Shown: piece by piece, positions 1 to 7,809 of the stretch
How positions within the stretch are numbered: the stretch's first letter is position 1
How the letters are laid out: each line of letters begins with the position of its first letter
NCBI GenBank assembly: GCA_037444445.1
Contig: JBBIMK010000001.1
Coordinates: forward strand, 229,675-261,674
Reading direction: 5' to 3'
Origin: a bacterium
GTDB lineage: Bacteria > UBP7 > UBA6624 > JBBIMK01
Length of the DNA: 32,000 bases
The notes under the pieces: generated by a model
Seen by the model: only the letters and a program-made list of their open reading frames with translations
What the model was told of the DNA's origin: nothing
The model's database searches: none
Program-made: the position numbers and the translations under genes

Positions 1-543
1 GGGCTTGCCCTGGGGTATACCCTTCAGTTGCCTGAGGAAGATAAATATTTAATGACCCGAGGAGAATTGATGGATAAAATGACCGTCCTCATCGGAGGAC
101 GAGTAGCAGAGGAAATCACCTTCCATGAAATTAGCACGGGGGCCCAGAATGACCTGGAAGACCTCACAGAACTCACGAGAAAAATGGTAAAAGAGTTCGG
201 CATGAGTGATGTTCTGGGACCCATCACTTACGGAAAGAGATATGGCTCCATCTTCCTGGGGCGGGATATAGCTACGGAACGGGATTACAGCGAAGAAACC
301 GCCCAGCAAATTGATGAAGAAGTGAAAAGGCTCATAAAATTTATTCACCACCGCGCCAAAACCCTGCTGGAGAAATATCAAGATGTATTGAACCGAGTAG
401 CGAAAAGACTTATCCAGGTGGAGAATTTAGAGAAAGAAGAGTTTGAACATCTGATGAAGGAACTTGAAGTGCCTCGGAATTCTGACCTTTTCGCCTATGA
501 ACCTGCCTTAGAAAGTTACATCCACGAGGCTTCTCCGGAATAA
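1..543 (+). CDS. ftsH: ATP-dependent zinc metalloprotease FtsH, C-terminal part (5' end outside window)
   Basis: Frame 1 is open from base 1 (GLALGYTLQLPEEDKYLMTRGEL...). LIGGRVAEE and TGAQNDLE plus the helical tail are the conserved M41 protease C-terminal region. The track start at 28 is an internal TTG. Confidence 0.9.
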   Translation, partial: GLALGYTLQLPEEDKYLMTRGELMDKMTVLIGGRVAEEITFHEISTGAQNDLEDLTELTRKMVKEFGMSDVLGPITYGKRYGSIFLGRDIATERDYSEETAQQIDEEVKRLIKFIHHRAKTLLEKYQDVLNRVAKRLIQVENLEKEEFEHLMKELEVPRNSDLFAYEPALESYIHEASPE

Positions 544-546
544 CCC

Positions 547-1254
547 TTAACCCTGCGAATCTTCGCCTCCAGAAGGTGCGGAAGAAACGGGATGTAAAGA
601 TTCGGGCAAAAGCGCCAGAATGCGTTGAATGATTTTCTCGGTTAGAATCTTAGGGAGGTCGGGAGAATTTTCCTTCCTGTAAAATTCACTCATATCAAGA
701 GGGGAACCATAAATGACGCGAACTGGATAAGGGCGCGGAAAACGGGAGCCTTTGGGTAAGGCTTGAAAAGAACCCACCACCGCAGCGGGAATCACAGGGG
801 CTTCCGCCTGCAAGGCAATCACCGCTGCACCGGTATGAACCTTCTCCGGGTGAAATCGTCCATCAACGGAACGAGTTCCCTCAGGAAAAACCACTACCGC
901 TTCTCCTCTTTTTAATAAATCTATGGCTGCACGAATGGCGCTATAGGACCCGGCACGGGTGGAACGATAAACAGGCACCTGCCCCCATTGACGCATCAAA
1001 AATTTTAAGAGGGAAACATCAAATAACTCCGATTTGGCAAGAAAACGCAATGTCCTGGGAAAAGTTACACCTAATAATACAGGGTCTAAATAACTGCAAT
1101 GATTGGACACTACAAGAACCGGGCCGGTTCGTGGAATGTAAGCCTTTCCCTCCGCCCGAACACGAAAAAATGATTTACTAAGGGTCCAAACCACGGGTTT
1201 AGCCGTGAACCATAACCAGGTGTTCATGGGATAAAAATCCGAAGGACTATCCAA
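547..1254 (-). CDS. plsC: 1-acyl-sn-glycerol-3-phosphate acyltransferase
   Basis: Acyltransferase motif I VVSNHCSYLDP (HX4D) and motif III VFPEGTRS. The start overlaps the cmk stop by 8 nt. The stop lies 3 nt from the convergent ftsH stop. Confidence 0.85.
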   Translation of the reverse strand: MDSPSDFYPMNTWLWFTAKPVVWTLSKSFFRVRAEGKAYIPRTGPVLVVSNHCSYLDPVLLGVTFPRTLRFLAKSELFDVSLLKFLMRQWGQVPVYRSTRAGSYSAIRAAIDLLKRGEAVVVFPEGTRSVDGRFHPEKVHTGAAVIALQAEAPVIPAAVVGSFQALPKGSRFPRPYPVRVIYGSPLDMSEFYRKENSPDLPKILTEKIIQRILALLPESLHPVSSAPSGGEDSQG

Positions 1255-1900
1255 GGCGTGTCTTTAACTCTCCCTCTATGAGAGACAATACCTCCTCTAT
1301 TGGCTTCCGAGTTGTATCCACCTTAAGAACGGATGCGACTTTCTGTAGGGGGGTGCATTCTCGGTGGGTATCCCTGTAATCCCGAACCAGAATCCAGCGA
1401 AAAACCTCGTGAAAACGAATATCAGGATTCCAGGAAGATAGGTCTTTATACCGACGCCAGGCGCGAACATGAGGTTCAGCATCCAGGTAAATTTTCAGGA
1501 GTGCGTCAGGAAAGACGACCGTGGTGGTGTCGCGGCCTTCAGCCACCACATTTTTCCCCTCCGCCATATTTCGCTGAAGGAGAACCAAACGCTGACGCAC
1601 CCGAGGGTAGGTGGCAAGGATGGAAGCCGCTTCATCCACCACGGGCTCATAGAAGTTTACACCCACAGGCTGCCCTTCTATGTGCACGGCACTTCCCTGG
1701 ATTTGAACAGGCCAGGCATCCAGTAAAGGCAAGGCTTCAGGCTCCACTAAAGGTATTTTACGAGATAAAGATAGAAATGCCAGCGCCCGATAGGTCAGAC
1801 CGGTATTCAAATATTCCCACTTCAGCCGTTTTGCCAATTCTCTGGCGATAGTGGACTTGCCAGAGCCAGCGGGACCATCAATTGCAATGACAGCAGTCAT
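1247..1900 (-). CDS. cmk: cytidylate kinase
   Basis: N-terminal P-loop IAIDGPAGSGKSTIARELAKRL and a typical Cmk length (217 aa). 4-nt overlap with the upstream gene. Confidence 0.9.
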   Translation of the reverse strand: MTAVIAIDGPAGSGKSTIARELAKRLKWEYLNTGLTYRALAFLSLSRKIPLVEPEALPLLDAWPVQIQGSAVHIEGQPVGVNFYEPVVDEAASILATYPRVRQRLVLLQRNMAEGKNVVAEGRDTTTVVFPDALLKIYLDAEPHVRAWRRYKDLSSWNPDIRFHEVFRWILVRDYRDTHRECTPLQKVASVLKVDTTRKPIEEVLSLIEGELKTRLG

Positions 1901-2832
1901 TTCAAGGCCAATTCTTTTAGCGCTGTGGTCAGGATGAGTTTCAGGTCCTCTTTAGACAGGGTTCCACAGGTGCGTAAAATCATTTCTCCCTTTCGGTTGA
2001 CTATCACCAGAAGGGGCAGATACTCATCCTTCTGATTTTCCAGAATAGAAGAAACTTCGCGAGGAGAAAACTGAAGGGGAAACACTTTTTTCAGCGGGTG
2101 CTCACGCAAAAAGTTCTCCAGTAGACCTTGCGAAGCAAAGGAAGGGGCGAAGAACACAAATTGTGGAAATTGAGAAGCAATACCCTCCAGTTCTAAAATA
2201 GAACGCTCTGAGGGCAACGAGAGGGGAAGCCAGAAGAAAAATATGGCTGGTTTCTCCCGCCATAACTCTCCAGGCGGAAGAGATGGATAACCCTTCAAGG
2301 ATTGTAGAGTTAGAGGTGGAAATGACCCATATTTTGCAAAGGCTAAAAGGGCTTCCATCCGCAAATCATTCAGATAAGCCCGAGTTTTCTGCTCAATTTC
2401 CTTCCCCCGAAGATTCACAAACTTTAATTTTCCTTCCTTGTCTATCAGGAAAGTAGCGGGCAGATGGCGCACCTCATACGCTTTGACGGCGGGGTCATCC
2501 AAGCCGGATGCCAGCAAAATATTGATGAATTGAAGCATGGGATACCGCACTTCCCGGAAAGTTTCTTTGGATTCACCCACGGCAATAGCAAGCACTTCCA
2601 ACTTCCCCGCATAGGTTTCATCCAGGTCTAACACGATTCGGTAATCATCAAAAGCATCCATATTAAAGAAAGTCAGTAAGATAGGCTTACCGGGATAATT
2701 TTTTAAGGATACCGTTTCATCTTCCAGATTTTTCAGCACAAAATCAGGGGCTCTGGAACCCACGCGGAGCGCAGAAATCAGCAGGAGAAACAGGGTTACA
2801 CGCAGGAAATGGGTGATATCTTTTTTCCTCAT
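1897..2832 (-). CDS. secreted tandem thioredoxin-fold (TlpA/AhpC-like) protein lacking the CxxC motif
   Basis: Signal-like N-terminus. RAPDFVLKNLEDETVSLKNYPGKPILLTFF is the classic redoxin entry strand, but the CxxC position reads NMDAFDD. A second fold-like half follows (KPAIFFFWLPLSLPSE). ATGA-type overlaps with jag and cmk. Confidence 0.6.
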   Translation of the reverse strand: MRKKDITHFLRVTLFLLLISALRVGSRAPDFVLKNLEDETVSLKNYPGKPILLTFFNMDAFDDYRIVLDLDETYAGKLEVLAIAVGESKETFREVRYPMLQFINILLASGLDDPAVKAYEVRHLPATFLIDKEGKLKFVNLRGKEIEQKTRAYLNDLRMEALLAFAKYGSFPPLTLQSLKGYPSLPPGELWREKPAIFFFWLPLSLPSERSILELEGIASQFPQFVFFAPSFASQGLLENFLREHPLKKVFPLQFSPREVSSILENQKDEYLPLLVIVNRKGEMILRTCGTLSKEDLKLILTTALKELALK

Positions 2833-3449
2833 GGCGATTTTGCAGGTTTCCTGAAGAGAATAATTTTACGATTATTCACATCTCCGACGGTTCTGGAATC
2901 CACATCGGGAAACTCCTTGAGCATTTCATACACCATTTCTCGGTCTTCGCGGCTCAGAGAATCCAGAACGACTTCTTTGCCCGTTTGGAGAACACTTTGA
3001 ACGAATTCCTGGAGTTCTTTTCGGAGGAAAATTTTCCTTCTTCGGCGGTAGTTACCCACATCCAGCAAAACCCTGCGTCGTTCATTTAATTTTTTGAAAA
3101 TTTCTTCTGCCAGCAATTGGACTGCATCCAGGGTTAGCGCTCTTTTTCCGATGAGTAGCCCCAGGTTCTCCCCCACGACATTGTAACGAACTTCGTTTTC
3201 GTCTACAGAAGCCACTTTCACTTCCCCAGAAGGGGTGATGGATTCTACAATTTTCTGGAGAAATGCACGAGTAATTTCCAGGCTTTTCTGACGTTCCTTC
3301 AGAGTGGCTTTAATAATCGTGTGATGAGGAGTTTCTTCCAGAACTTCCACCACCACTTCAGAACGAACCGCTTTTAACTCCCGCAAAGCACGCTGGAGGG
3401 CTTCTTCCTTTGTTACACCGATGGCTTCGACCCACTCTTCTTTTTCCAT
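2829..3449 (-). CDS. jag: Jag/KhpB-type RNA-binding protein (Jag_N, KH, R3H)
   Basis: KH-like GLLIGKRALTLDAVQLL and C-terminal R3H-like LSREDREMVYEMLKEFPDVDSRTVGD..NRKIILF. Canonical position directly after yidC. Confidence 0.8.
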   Translation of the reverse strand: MEKEEWVEAIGVTKEEALQRALRELKAVRSEVVVEVLEETPHHTIIKATLKERQKSLEITRAFLQKIVESITPSGEVKVASVDENEVRYNVVGENLGLLIGKRALTLDAVQLLAEEIFKKLNERRRVLLDVGNYRRRRKIFLRKELQEFVQSVLQTGKEVVLDSLSREDREMVYEMLKEFPDVDSRTVGDVNNRKIILFRKPAKSP

Positions 3450-4816
3450 CCCTTTTTGTTTCCTTCCTCAGAAAGAAGGTTCCTCTCTTCCCTACGCAAA
3501 ACAGTGTATATAATTTCATTTTCTATTATACCCGAAATGGAAAAAGTTACGAAATAAAGCAATAAACCCACAGGGAAGTAAATACTGACAATAATCACCA
3601 TCAAAGTTAGAAAATTAGGAGTCAGCAGTGGAGATGTATTAGTGGGGCGGGGTCCGGAAAGTTTTGTAAATTGTCGCTGATAGAAAAACTGGGAAAAAGC
3701 ATATAGAGCCACTAATAAAAAGGCAGGCAAATAAATGAGCATCCAGAAAATAGCATTGGACTGATGCCTTTTGAAAAGGAGAGAACCGGAAGGAAGCTGA
3801 GGTAACAGGGTGGCGATGGGGACTGTAATAGAGGCGCTGGATTCCCCGCGATATACCCGATAGCCTTCAGCGCCGAAAGCATGTCTCCATTGGAGTTCCA
3901 ATCCATCGCGATATTTACCCTGACTTACCGTGAAATGAGATATGGAATCCAAAGAGGCGTAACCCGTATCAGTTTCGACAAATTCTTCTTGCGCTCCGGA
4001 CAAAAAAAGCACCTTCAGTTTATAGACATATTCTTCCCCGGGGCGGACGGAAGTATCTTCATAGATATTTTTCTTCAGAGGTTCCGGGGTAATCGGTTTG
4101 AATTCTGCCTCTGGCGGAGTAGCACGGAGCAATTGATATACCGCTGACTTTTCTTTTCCCCAGACTACGACAACTTTATCCCGATAAGTTCCATCCGAGG
4201 CGTGAATGAACTTTCGGTAGAACCCTGAAGAAGGTAAATCCCCGGAGGTTTTCAGGCTTTGTTGAATCTCCGGGTCTGCCCATCCCTCAACCTTTTCAGA
4301 TGGACTTTCCTCTTTCTGATTCCGAAGTGTGAAGACTTGATAGAAATAATGCTTGCCGGGTTGTGCTGTCCTATCCTGGTAGGTAGTGGGTAAGGGTAGC
4401 TGAGGAAGAGTTGTCAGGGGAACCTGGCTTAAAGGCATACTCAAAAAGGTCACCTTTTCAAAAATACCTCCATTGATGTGGGGGTCCCGAAGTAAACTGA
4501 ACAGAGCAAAGAACAAAGGTAACTGAAGGAATATTGGAAAACATCCAGCAAAGGGATTCACCCTGTGTTCAGAATAAAGGCGCATGACTTCCCGATTATA
4601 TGCCTGGATGTCTTTCTTTTTTAAGGGTTCTAATTGCTGGAGAAGAGGTTGTAACTTCTGAATCCGACGAGAAAAACGAAACTGTTGAAGCGTAATAGGA
4701 TGCAGAAAAATTTTAATAGAAAGAGTCAGGAGAATAATATCTATACTGTAATTCCCGGTGATGCGGTGGAAAAAATTTAATATCTGAAAAAGGAAAAACG
4801 CCAGGGAAGTAATCAT
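3413..4816 (-). CDS. yidC: membrane protein insertase YidC (short form) with a large periplasmic insertion
   Basis: Conserved 60-kDa-IMP core: IDIILLTLSIKIFLHPITLQQFRFSRRIQKLQP, RLYSEHRVNPFAGCFPIFLQLPLFFALF, and C-terminal FPVGLLLYFVTFSISGIIEN. About 220 non-canonical residues sit between the second and third core helices. Confidence 0.85.
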   Translation of the reverse strand: MITSLAFFLFQILNFFHRITGNYSIDIILLTLSIKIFLHPITLQQFRFSRRIQKLQPLLQQLEPLKKKDIQAYNREVMRLYSEHRVNPFAGCFPIFLQLPLFFALFSLLRDPHINGGIFEKVTFLSMPLSQVPLTTLPQLPLPTTYQDRTAQPGKHYFYQVFTLRNQKEESPSEKVEGWADPEIQQSLKTSGDLPSSGFYRKFIHASDGTYRDKVVVVWGKEKSAVYQLLRATPPEAEFKPITPEPLKKNIYEDTSVRPGEEYVYKLKVLFLSGAQEEFVETDTGYASLDSISHFTVSQGKYRDGLELQWRHAFGAEGYRVYRGESSASITVPIATLLPQLPSGSLLFKRHQSNAIFWMLIYLPAFLLVALYAFSQFFYQRQFTKLSGPRPTNTSPLLTPNFLTLMVIIVSIYFPVGLLLYFVTFSISGIIENEIIYTVLRREERNLLSEEGNKKGWKKKSGSKPSV

Positions 4817-5025
4817 CAGGGAAGGGGGTCAATTCCTCCCGGGTGAAAAGGGTGACACCGAAAAATACGACAAATCGCCAGATACCCTCCTTTCATTACC
4901 CCGTATTTTTCAATCGCTTCACAGGCATATTGAGAGCAAGAAGGTTCAAAACGGCACACCCGGGGCAACAGACGAGAAAGCGTGCTTTGATAACAACGAA
5001 TGAGGAAAATAAGAAAAGTTTTCAT
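4816..5025 (-). CDS. yidD: membrane protein insertion efficiency factor YidD
   Basis: LIRCYQSTLSRLLPRVCRFEPSCSQYACEAIEKYGVMKGGYLAICRIFRCHPFHPGGIDP is the YidD signature. Start chosen at Met49 of the track ORF (MKTFLIF), giving a 4-nt overlap with the rnpA stop and the normal ~69-aa size. Confidence 0.85.
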   Translation of the reverse strand: MKTFLIFLIRCYQSTLSRLLPRVCRFEPSCSQYACEAIEKYGVMKGGYLAICRIFRCHPFHPGGIDPLP

Positions 5026-5372
5026 GGAGAGGAAAGGGCTCCTGCCTTCTGAAATAAGCGGTAGAGAATTCGGCTTAAATCTGAGGATGAGAATTCGTTC
5101 ACTGCCTGAGTGGGCAGAAGGATGAACCATCCTCCGGTATGAAAATGCGGGAGAGTATGCAAGAACCATGCTCTAACGCGGCGACGGAAAGTGTTCCTAT
5201 CATGAGCCTTACCTCGCTTTTTAGGCACGACAAAACCGAGGCGAGGTGGAGAGTCTGGTTGCGGTAAAGCCAGGAGCATCAAACTGCCCTCGTAGAAACG
5301 CTTTCCCTCCTGAAACACGGTTTCAAACTCACGATTTTTATGCAAAAAGCAGTCAGAATAACGGATTTTCAC
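5022..5372 (-). CDS. rnpA: ribonuclease P protein component
   Basis: RLGFVVPKKRGKAHDRNTFRRRVRAWF is the RnpA basic RNR-type motif. GTG start immediately after the rpmH stop. Confidence 0.85.
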   Translation of the reverse strand: MKIRYSDCFLHKNREFETVFQEGKRFYEGSLMLLALPQPDSPPRLGFVVPKKRGKAHDRNTFRRRVRAWFLHTLPHFHTGGWFILLPTQAVNEFSSSDLSRILYRLFQKAGALSSP

Positions 5373-5516
5373 CTATCCTGAAACGGTCAGGCGTTTTCTA
5401 CCTTTTCTGCGGCGTCGGTTCAAAACCTTTTGTCCCCCCCGGTGGCTCATCCGAGCCAAGAATCCGTGAGTCCGAACCCGCTTCCTTTTCTTCGGCTGAT
5501 AAGTCCGCTTCGCCAT
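5373..5516 (-). CDS. rpmH: 50S ribosomal protein L34
   Basis: Hand translation of the minus strand gives [47 protein letters not shown] (47 aa, too short for the track). ATG at 5516-5514, TAG at 5375-5373, SD-like AAGAGGTAAGG upstream. Confidence 0.92.
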   Translation of the reverse strand: MAKRTYQPKKRKRVRTHGFLARMSHRGGQKVLNRRRRKGRKRLTVSG

Positions 5517-5539
5517 ACCTTACCTCTTGACCATTTTTC

Positions 5540-5568
5540 ATTATACTCTTTTTCATTTGCCTTCGCAA
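5540..5568 (-). promoter_or_regulatory. sigma70-type promoter of the rpmH operon
   Basis: Minus strand reads TTGCGA-N17-TATAAT (-35 at 5568-5563, -10 at 5545-5540), about 24 nt upstream of the rpmH ATG. Confidence 0.6.
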
Positions 5569-5759
5569 AATCTGGCTCATCTGGCAGAGTGGAAAATATT
5601 TTTCGGAGATTTACTTCCAATGAAGAGTTTTTGTATCTATGGGATGTGGTTGAATCCCGAATGCATCATAAAAAGTGAGTTCCAGCAGATACGCACTGAA
5701 TCCAATCAGAGGAGTTCCCAGGCTTTTGTTTTGTGATATAGTGAGGGAGGAGGTGATAA

Positions 5760-6149
5760 ATGATGAAATATCTGGAAATTCTTTACCGGAATGGGGAGAA
5801 GGATTTGATCAACCTGGCGACGGTTTCATACATTTTAATGCGGAATACCCCCGACGGGAAGAAGGTTCTGGAGGTCATGTATCCAGAATATATCACCCTC
5901 ACGGTTTCGCAGACAGCGATTCGCCATGGTGGAGTAATCCCCCATCGCCAGTATGCGGTGGTCGGTATCACACTCACGGACCGACTTGCAGAGGAGGGAT
6001 ATAAAGCCATTCTGGAGTTACTTTCTTCAGAGAAGGGGCTGATTTCCATAAAGGAGGAAGGCATTCGGGAGGAAGCCCCACCCCTGCGTCCTGCCCCGAT
6101 GCTGGAAGAAAAAACCACTCCTCCACCGCGTAGCGTTGGGTTTCCATAA
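5760..6149 (+). CDS. hypothetical protein (129 aa, Pro-rich C-terminal tail)
   Basis: Strong SD AGGAGG at 5748-5753, 6 nt before the ATG. TGATATAGT extended -10-like element at 5734-5742. No family motif recognised. The antisense 127-aa ORF has junk-like composition. Confidence 0.55.
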   Translation: MMKYLEILYRNGEKDLINLATVSYILMRNTPDGKKVLEVMYPEYITLTVSQTAIRHGGVIPHRQYAVVGITLTDRLAEEGYKAILELLSSEKGLISIKEEGIREEAPPLRPAPMLEEKTTPPPRSVGFP

Positions 6150-6180
6150 AACTCTTTTTCGCCCACATCCTTTCCACAGT

Positions 6181-6693
6181 CTATTCCGGGAATTCTAACT
6201 CTCGGCGCAAAACAGGAAGATAAGAATAAAGCGTTTCACCCGGACATTCGGTATGGGGGTCCAGGTCCTTATGACCCCAGATTCCCTGCGGCGGGAGGTT
6301 AAAAGACCGTAGTAAATATCGGCAAAGGGAAACGAGGGCATGAATCCCGGGAGCCGACAGGGGATCCTGCTCTTTCCGATAATCACCCACCAGGCAAATG
6401 CCAATGCGTCCGGAGTTGTGATAACGGACATGAGCGCCTTCGGCGAGAATCGGGCGCCCCTCATATACCACCCCATCGGGTCCCACGAGAAAATGGTAAC
6501 CGATGTCAGTGAATCCCCGATAGATTTGATGGTTTCTTTGAATTTCCTGAACTGTAGAAATTCCTTGATAACGGCTCGCATTGGGAATGGCAGAGTGATG
6601 GATGACGATAGAAAAGGGAGTATGAGGAATATAAGCAGTTTTTGCGGGGGCAGCTTTCCAGGCTTCCCGGGGTAGAAAAAAATAAGAACCCAT
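6181..6693 (-). CDS. N-acetylmuramoyl-L-alanine amidase, Amidase_2/PGRP fold, AmpD-like (no signal peptide)
   Basis: IVIHHSA, DIGYHFLVGPDGVVYEGR, GAHV..HNSGRIGICLVGDY and GHKDL..TECPG are the zinc amidase_2 motifs. The protein starts at the fold with no export signal. Confidence 0.8.
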   Translation of the reverse strand: MGSYFFLPREAWKAAPAKTAYIPHTPFSIVIHHSAIPNASRYQGISTVQEIQRNHQIYRGFTDIGYHFLVGPDGVVYEGRPILAEGAHVRYHNSGRIGICLVGDYRKEQDPLSAPGIHALVSLCRYLLRSFNLPPQGIWGHKDLDPHTECPGETLYSYLPVLRRELEFPE

Positions 6694-6703
6694 ACTGCAG
6701 GTG

Positions 6704-6777
6704 CGGGGCCGACGGGATTTGAACCCGCGCTCTCTGGCGTGACAGGCCAGTATGTTAAACCGCTACACCACGGCCCC
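6704..6777 (-). tRNA. tRNA-Asp (GUC)
   Basis: Hand-folded cloverleaf: acceptor GGGGCCG/CGGCCCC, D stem GTGT/ACAT, anticodon stem CTGGC/GCCAG with loop CTGTCAC, T arm GCGGG-TTCAAAT-CCCGT, discriminator G. No encoded CCA. Confidence 0.9.
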
Positions 6778-6786
6778 ACCCGAATA

Positions 6787-6860
6787 TGGGCGATGCACGA
6801 TTCGAACGTGCGACCTCATGGGTGTGATCCATGCGCTCTGACCCGCTGAGCTAATCGCCC
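6787..6860 (-). tRNA. tRNA-Val (CAC)
   Basis: Cloverleaf: acceptor GGGCGAT/ATCGCCC, D stem GCTC/GAGC, anticodon stem CATGG/CCATG with loop ATCACAC, T arm GCACG-TTCGAAT-CGTGC, discriminator A. No encoded CCA. Confidence 0.88.
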
Positions 6861-6872
6861 AACCGTAAGTAT

Positions 6873-6901
6873 ATTATATGCGGTGAGAGGCAAGAAAGCA
6901 A
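6873..6901 (-). promoter_or_regulatory. sigma70-type promoter of the tRNA-Val/tRNA-Asp(/amidase) unit
   Basis: Minus strand reads TTGCTT-N17-TATAAT (-35 at 6901-6896, -10 at 6878-6873), 12 nt upstream of the tRNA-Val 5' end. Confidence 0.6.
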
Positions 6902-6986
6902 AATAACGGGAAGGTTTGAGAATAAAACAAACGGCGACATTCTGGCTTTCATCTCCACCGGGTTTTAGAGGGTAGAGTGAAGACGC

Positions 6987-7724
6987 TCAAACCTCCAGGG
7001 CGGAAGCGACGATAAGCCCTTCGGTGTCGAGAATCACAATCCGGCGACCGCGGATCTCCACGAGCCCTTTTCTTTCAAACTGTTTCAGCAGGCGGATAAC
7101 CGTTTCGGGTGTCGTGCCAATCATCTCTGCCATTTCCTTCCGAGAAAGAGGGAGAGAAAGAACAACATGAGAGTTTTCGGGCCGTCCAAAGGTCTCTTTT
7201 AACATCAGCAGTAACTCGGCGAGCCGCTGGTCCGCCGTTTTTAACGCCAGAACCCGGATTTGTTCTTCCTCCGTCATCACTTCTTGACTCAAATTGCGGA
7301 TGACTTCCAGTGCCAGGTTGGGATAACGTGAGAGGAATGGGAAAAACCCGGATTTCTCAATAAAACAAATCACAGAATCTTCAATCGCTTCCGCGGAACT
7401 GGTGTACTCGCGCTCAGCAAAGATAGAAGCCATGCCTAAAATCTCCCCGCTGCCGTAAATCCGAAGAATATGCTGTTTCCCATCCTCTCCCGTTTTATAA
7501 AGTTTTACACGGCCGGAATTGATGCAGTAAACACCCAGTGGCTTACTGCCCTCGTAGAAGAGCAACTGCCCCTTTTTATAAAAATTCACAAGTTTAGAGC
7601 GGTTGAAGGGCTCCAGAGCCTCCGGAGGAAGGGAATGAAACAAGTTCATAAAGCGAATTGGACAAGTTCCACAATCGCAGGCAGAGCGGGATTTTACCCT
7701 ATCATTATTTACCAGTTCTTCCAT
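6987..7724 (-). CDS. fnr: Crp/Fnr family transcriptional regulator, FNR-like (N-terminal Cys cluster)
   Basis: N-terminal ACDCGTCP Cys cluster plus a central Cys (SVICFIEK) mirror the FNR 4Fe-4S ligand layout. cNMP-binding-like barrel (LFYEGSKPLGVYCINSGRVKLYK). C-terminal HTH SRKEMAEMIGTTPETVIRLLKQF. Start set at ATG 7724 (GGAG 7 nt upstream) because a near-consensus promoter lies inside the longer GTG-started track ORF. Confidence 0.85.
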   Translation of the reverse strand: MEELVNNDRVKSRSACDCGTCPIRFMNLFHSLPPEALEPFNRSKLVNFYKKGQLLFYEGSKPLGVYCINSGRVKLYKTGEDGKQHILRIYGSGEILGMASIFAEREYTSSAEAIEDSVICFIEKSGFFPFLSRYPNLALEVIRNLSQEVMTEEEQIRVLALKTADQRLAELLLMLKETFGRPENSHVVLSLPLSRKEMAEMIGTTPETVIRLLKQFERKGLVEIRGRRIVILDTEGLIVASALEV

Positions 7725-7742
7725 TCCATTCTCCACTACAAT

Positions 7743-7771
7743 ATTATAGGGAAAAGGACGGAAAATGCCAA
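7743..7771 (-). promoter_or_regulatory. sigma70-type promoter of the fnr-like gene
   Basis: Minus strand reads TTGGCA-N17-TATAAT (-35 at 7771-7766, -10 at 7748-7743), leaving a ~12-nt leader containing GGAG. Confidence 0.55.
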
Positions 7772-7809
7772 GTATCACAGAGAGGAAGATAAAAAGATAT
7801 CAAAAAGAT

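Noticed and set aside
541-549. Convergent ftsH and plsC stops only 3 nt apart
   Set aside because: There is no room for a terminator, but this is ordinary in compact genomes. I found no hairpin spanning the gene ends.
1333-1851. 172-aa plus-strand ORF antisense to cmk
   Set aside because: It is Arg/Pro-rich with low-complexity composition, typical of an antisense frame. cmk on the other strand has clear motifs.
4816-5169. Long 117-aa version of yidD
   Set aside because: The N-terminal 48 residues overlap rnpA in another frame and have no YidD homology. Met49 gives the normal size and an ATGA overlap with the rnpA stop.
5398-5580. 60-aa minus-strand ORF in the track, upstream of rnpA
   Set aside because: It is the wrong frame of the rpmH locus. 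The adjacent frame gives a textbook L34 sequence (5373-5516) with an SD and a consensus promoter.
5517-5759. Possible oriC or DnaA-box cluster next to rpmH
   Set aside because: dnaA is not adjacent. The best DnaA-box-like 9-mers (TGTGGTTGA, AGTGGAAAA) match TGTGGATAA at only about 6 of 9 positions. There is no clustered repeat or AT-rich unwinding element.
5783-6166. 127-aa minus-strand ORF opposite the 5760 orphan
   Set aside because: It has no SD and is Ser/Gly/Arg-rich and junk-like. The plus-strand ORF has a perfect SD.
6195-6779. 194-aa minus-strand ORF
   Set aside because: It runs through tRNA-Asp and overlaps the amidase in another frame. Its composition is junk-like.
7725-7778. N-terminal 18-codon extension of the fnr-like ORF (GTG start at 7778)
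   Set aside because: A TTGGCA-N17-TATAAT promoter and a GGAG SD lie inside the extension and point to ATG 7724.
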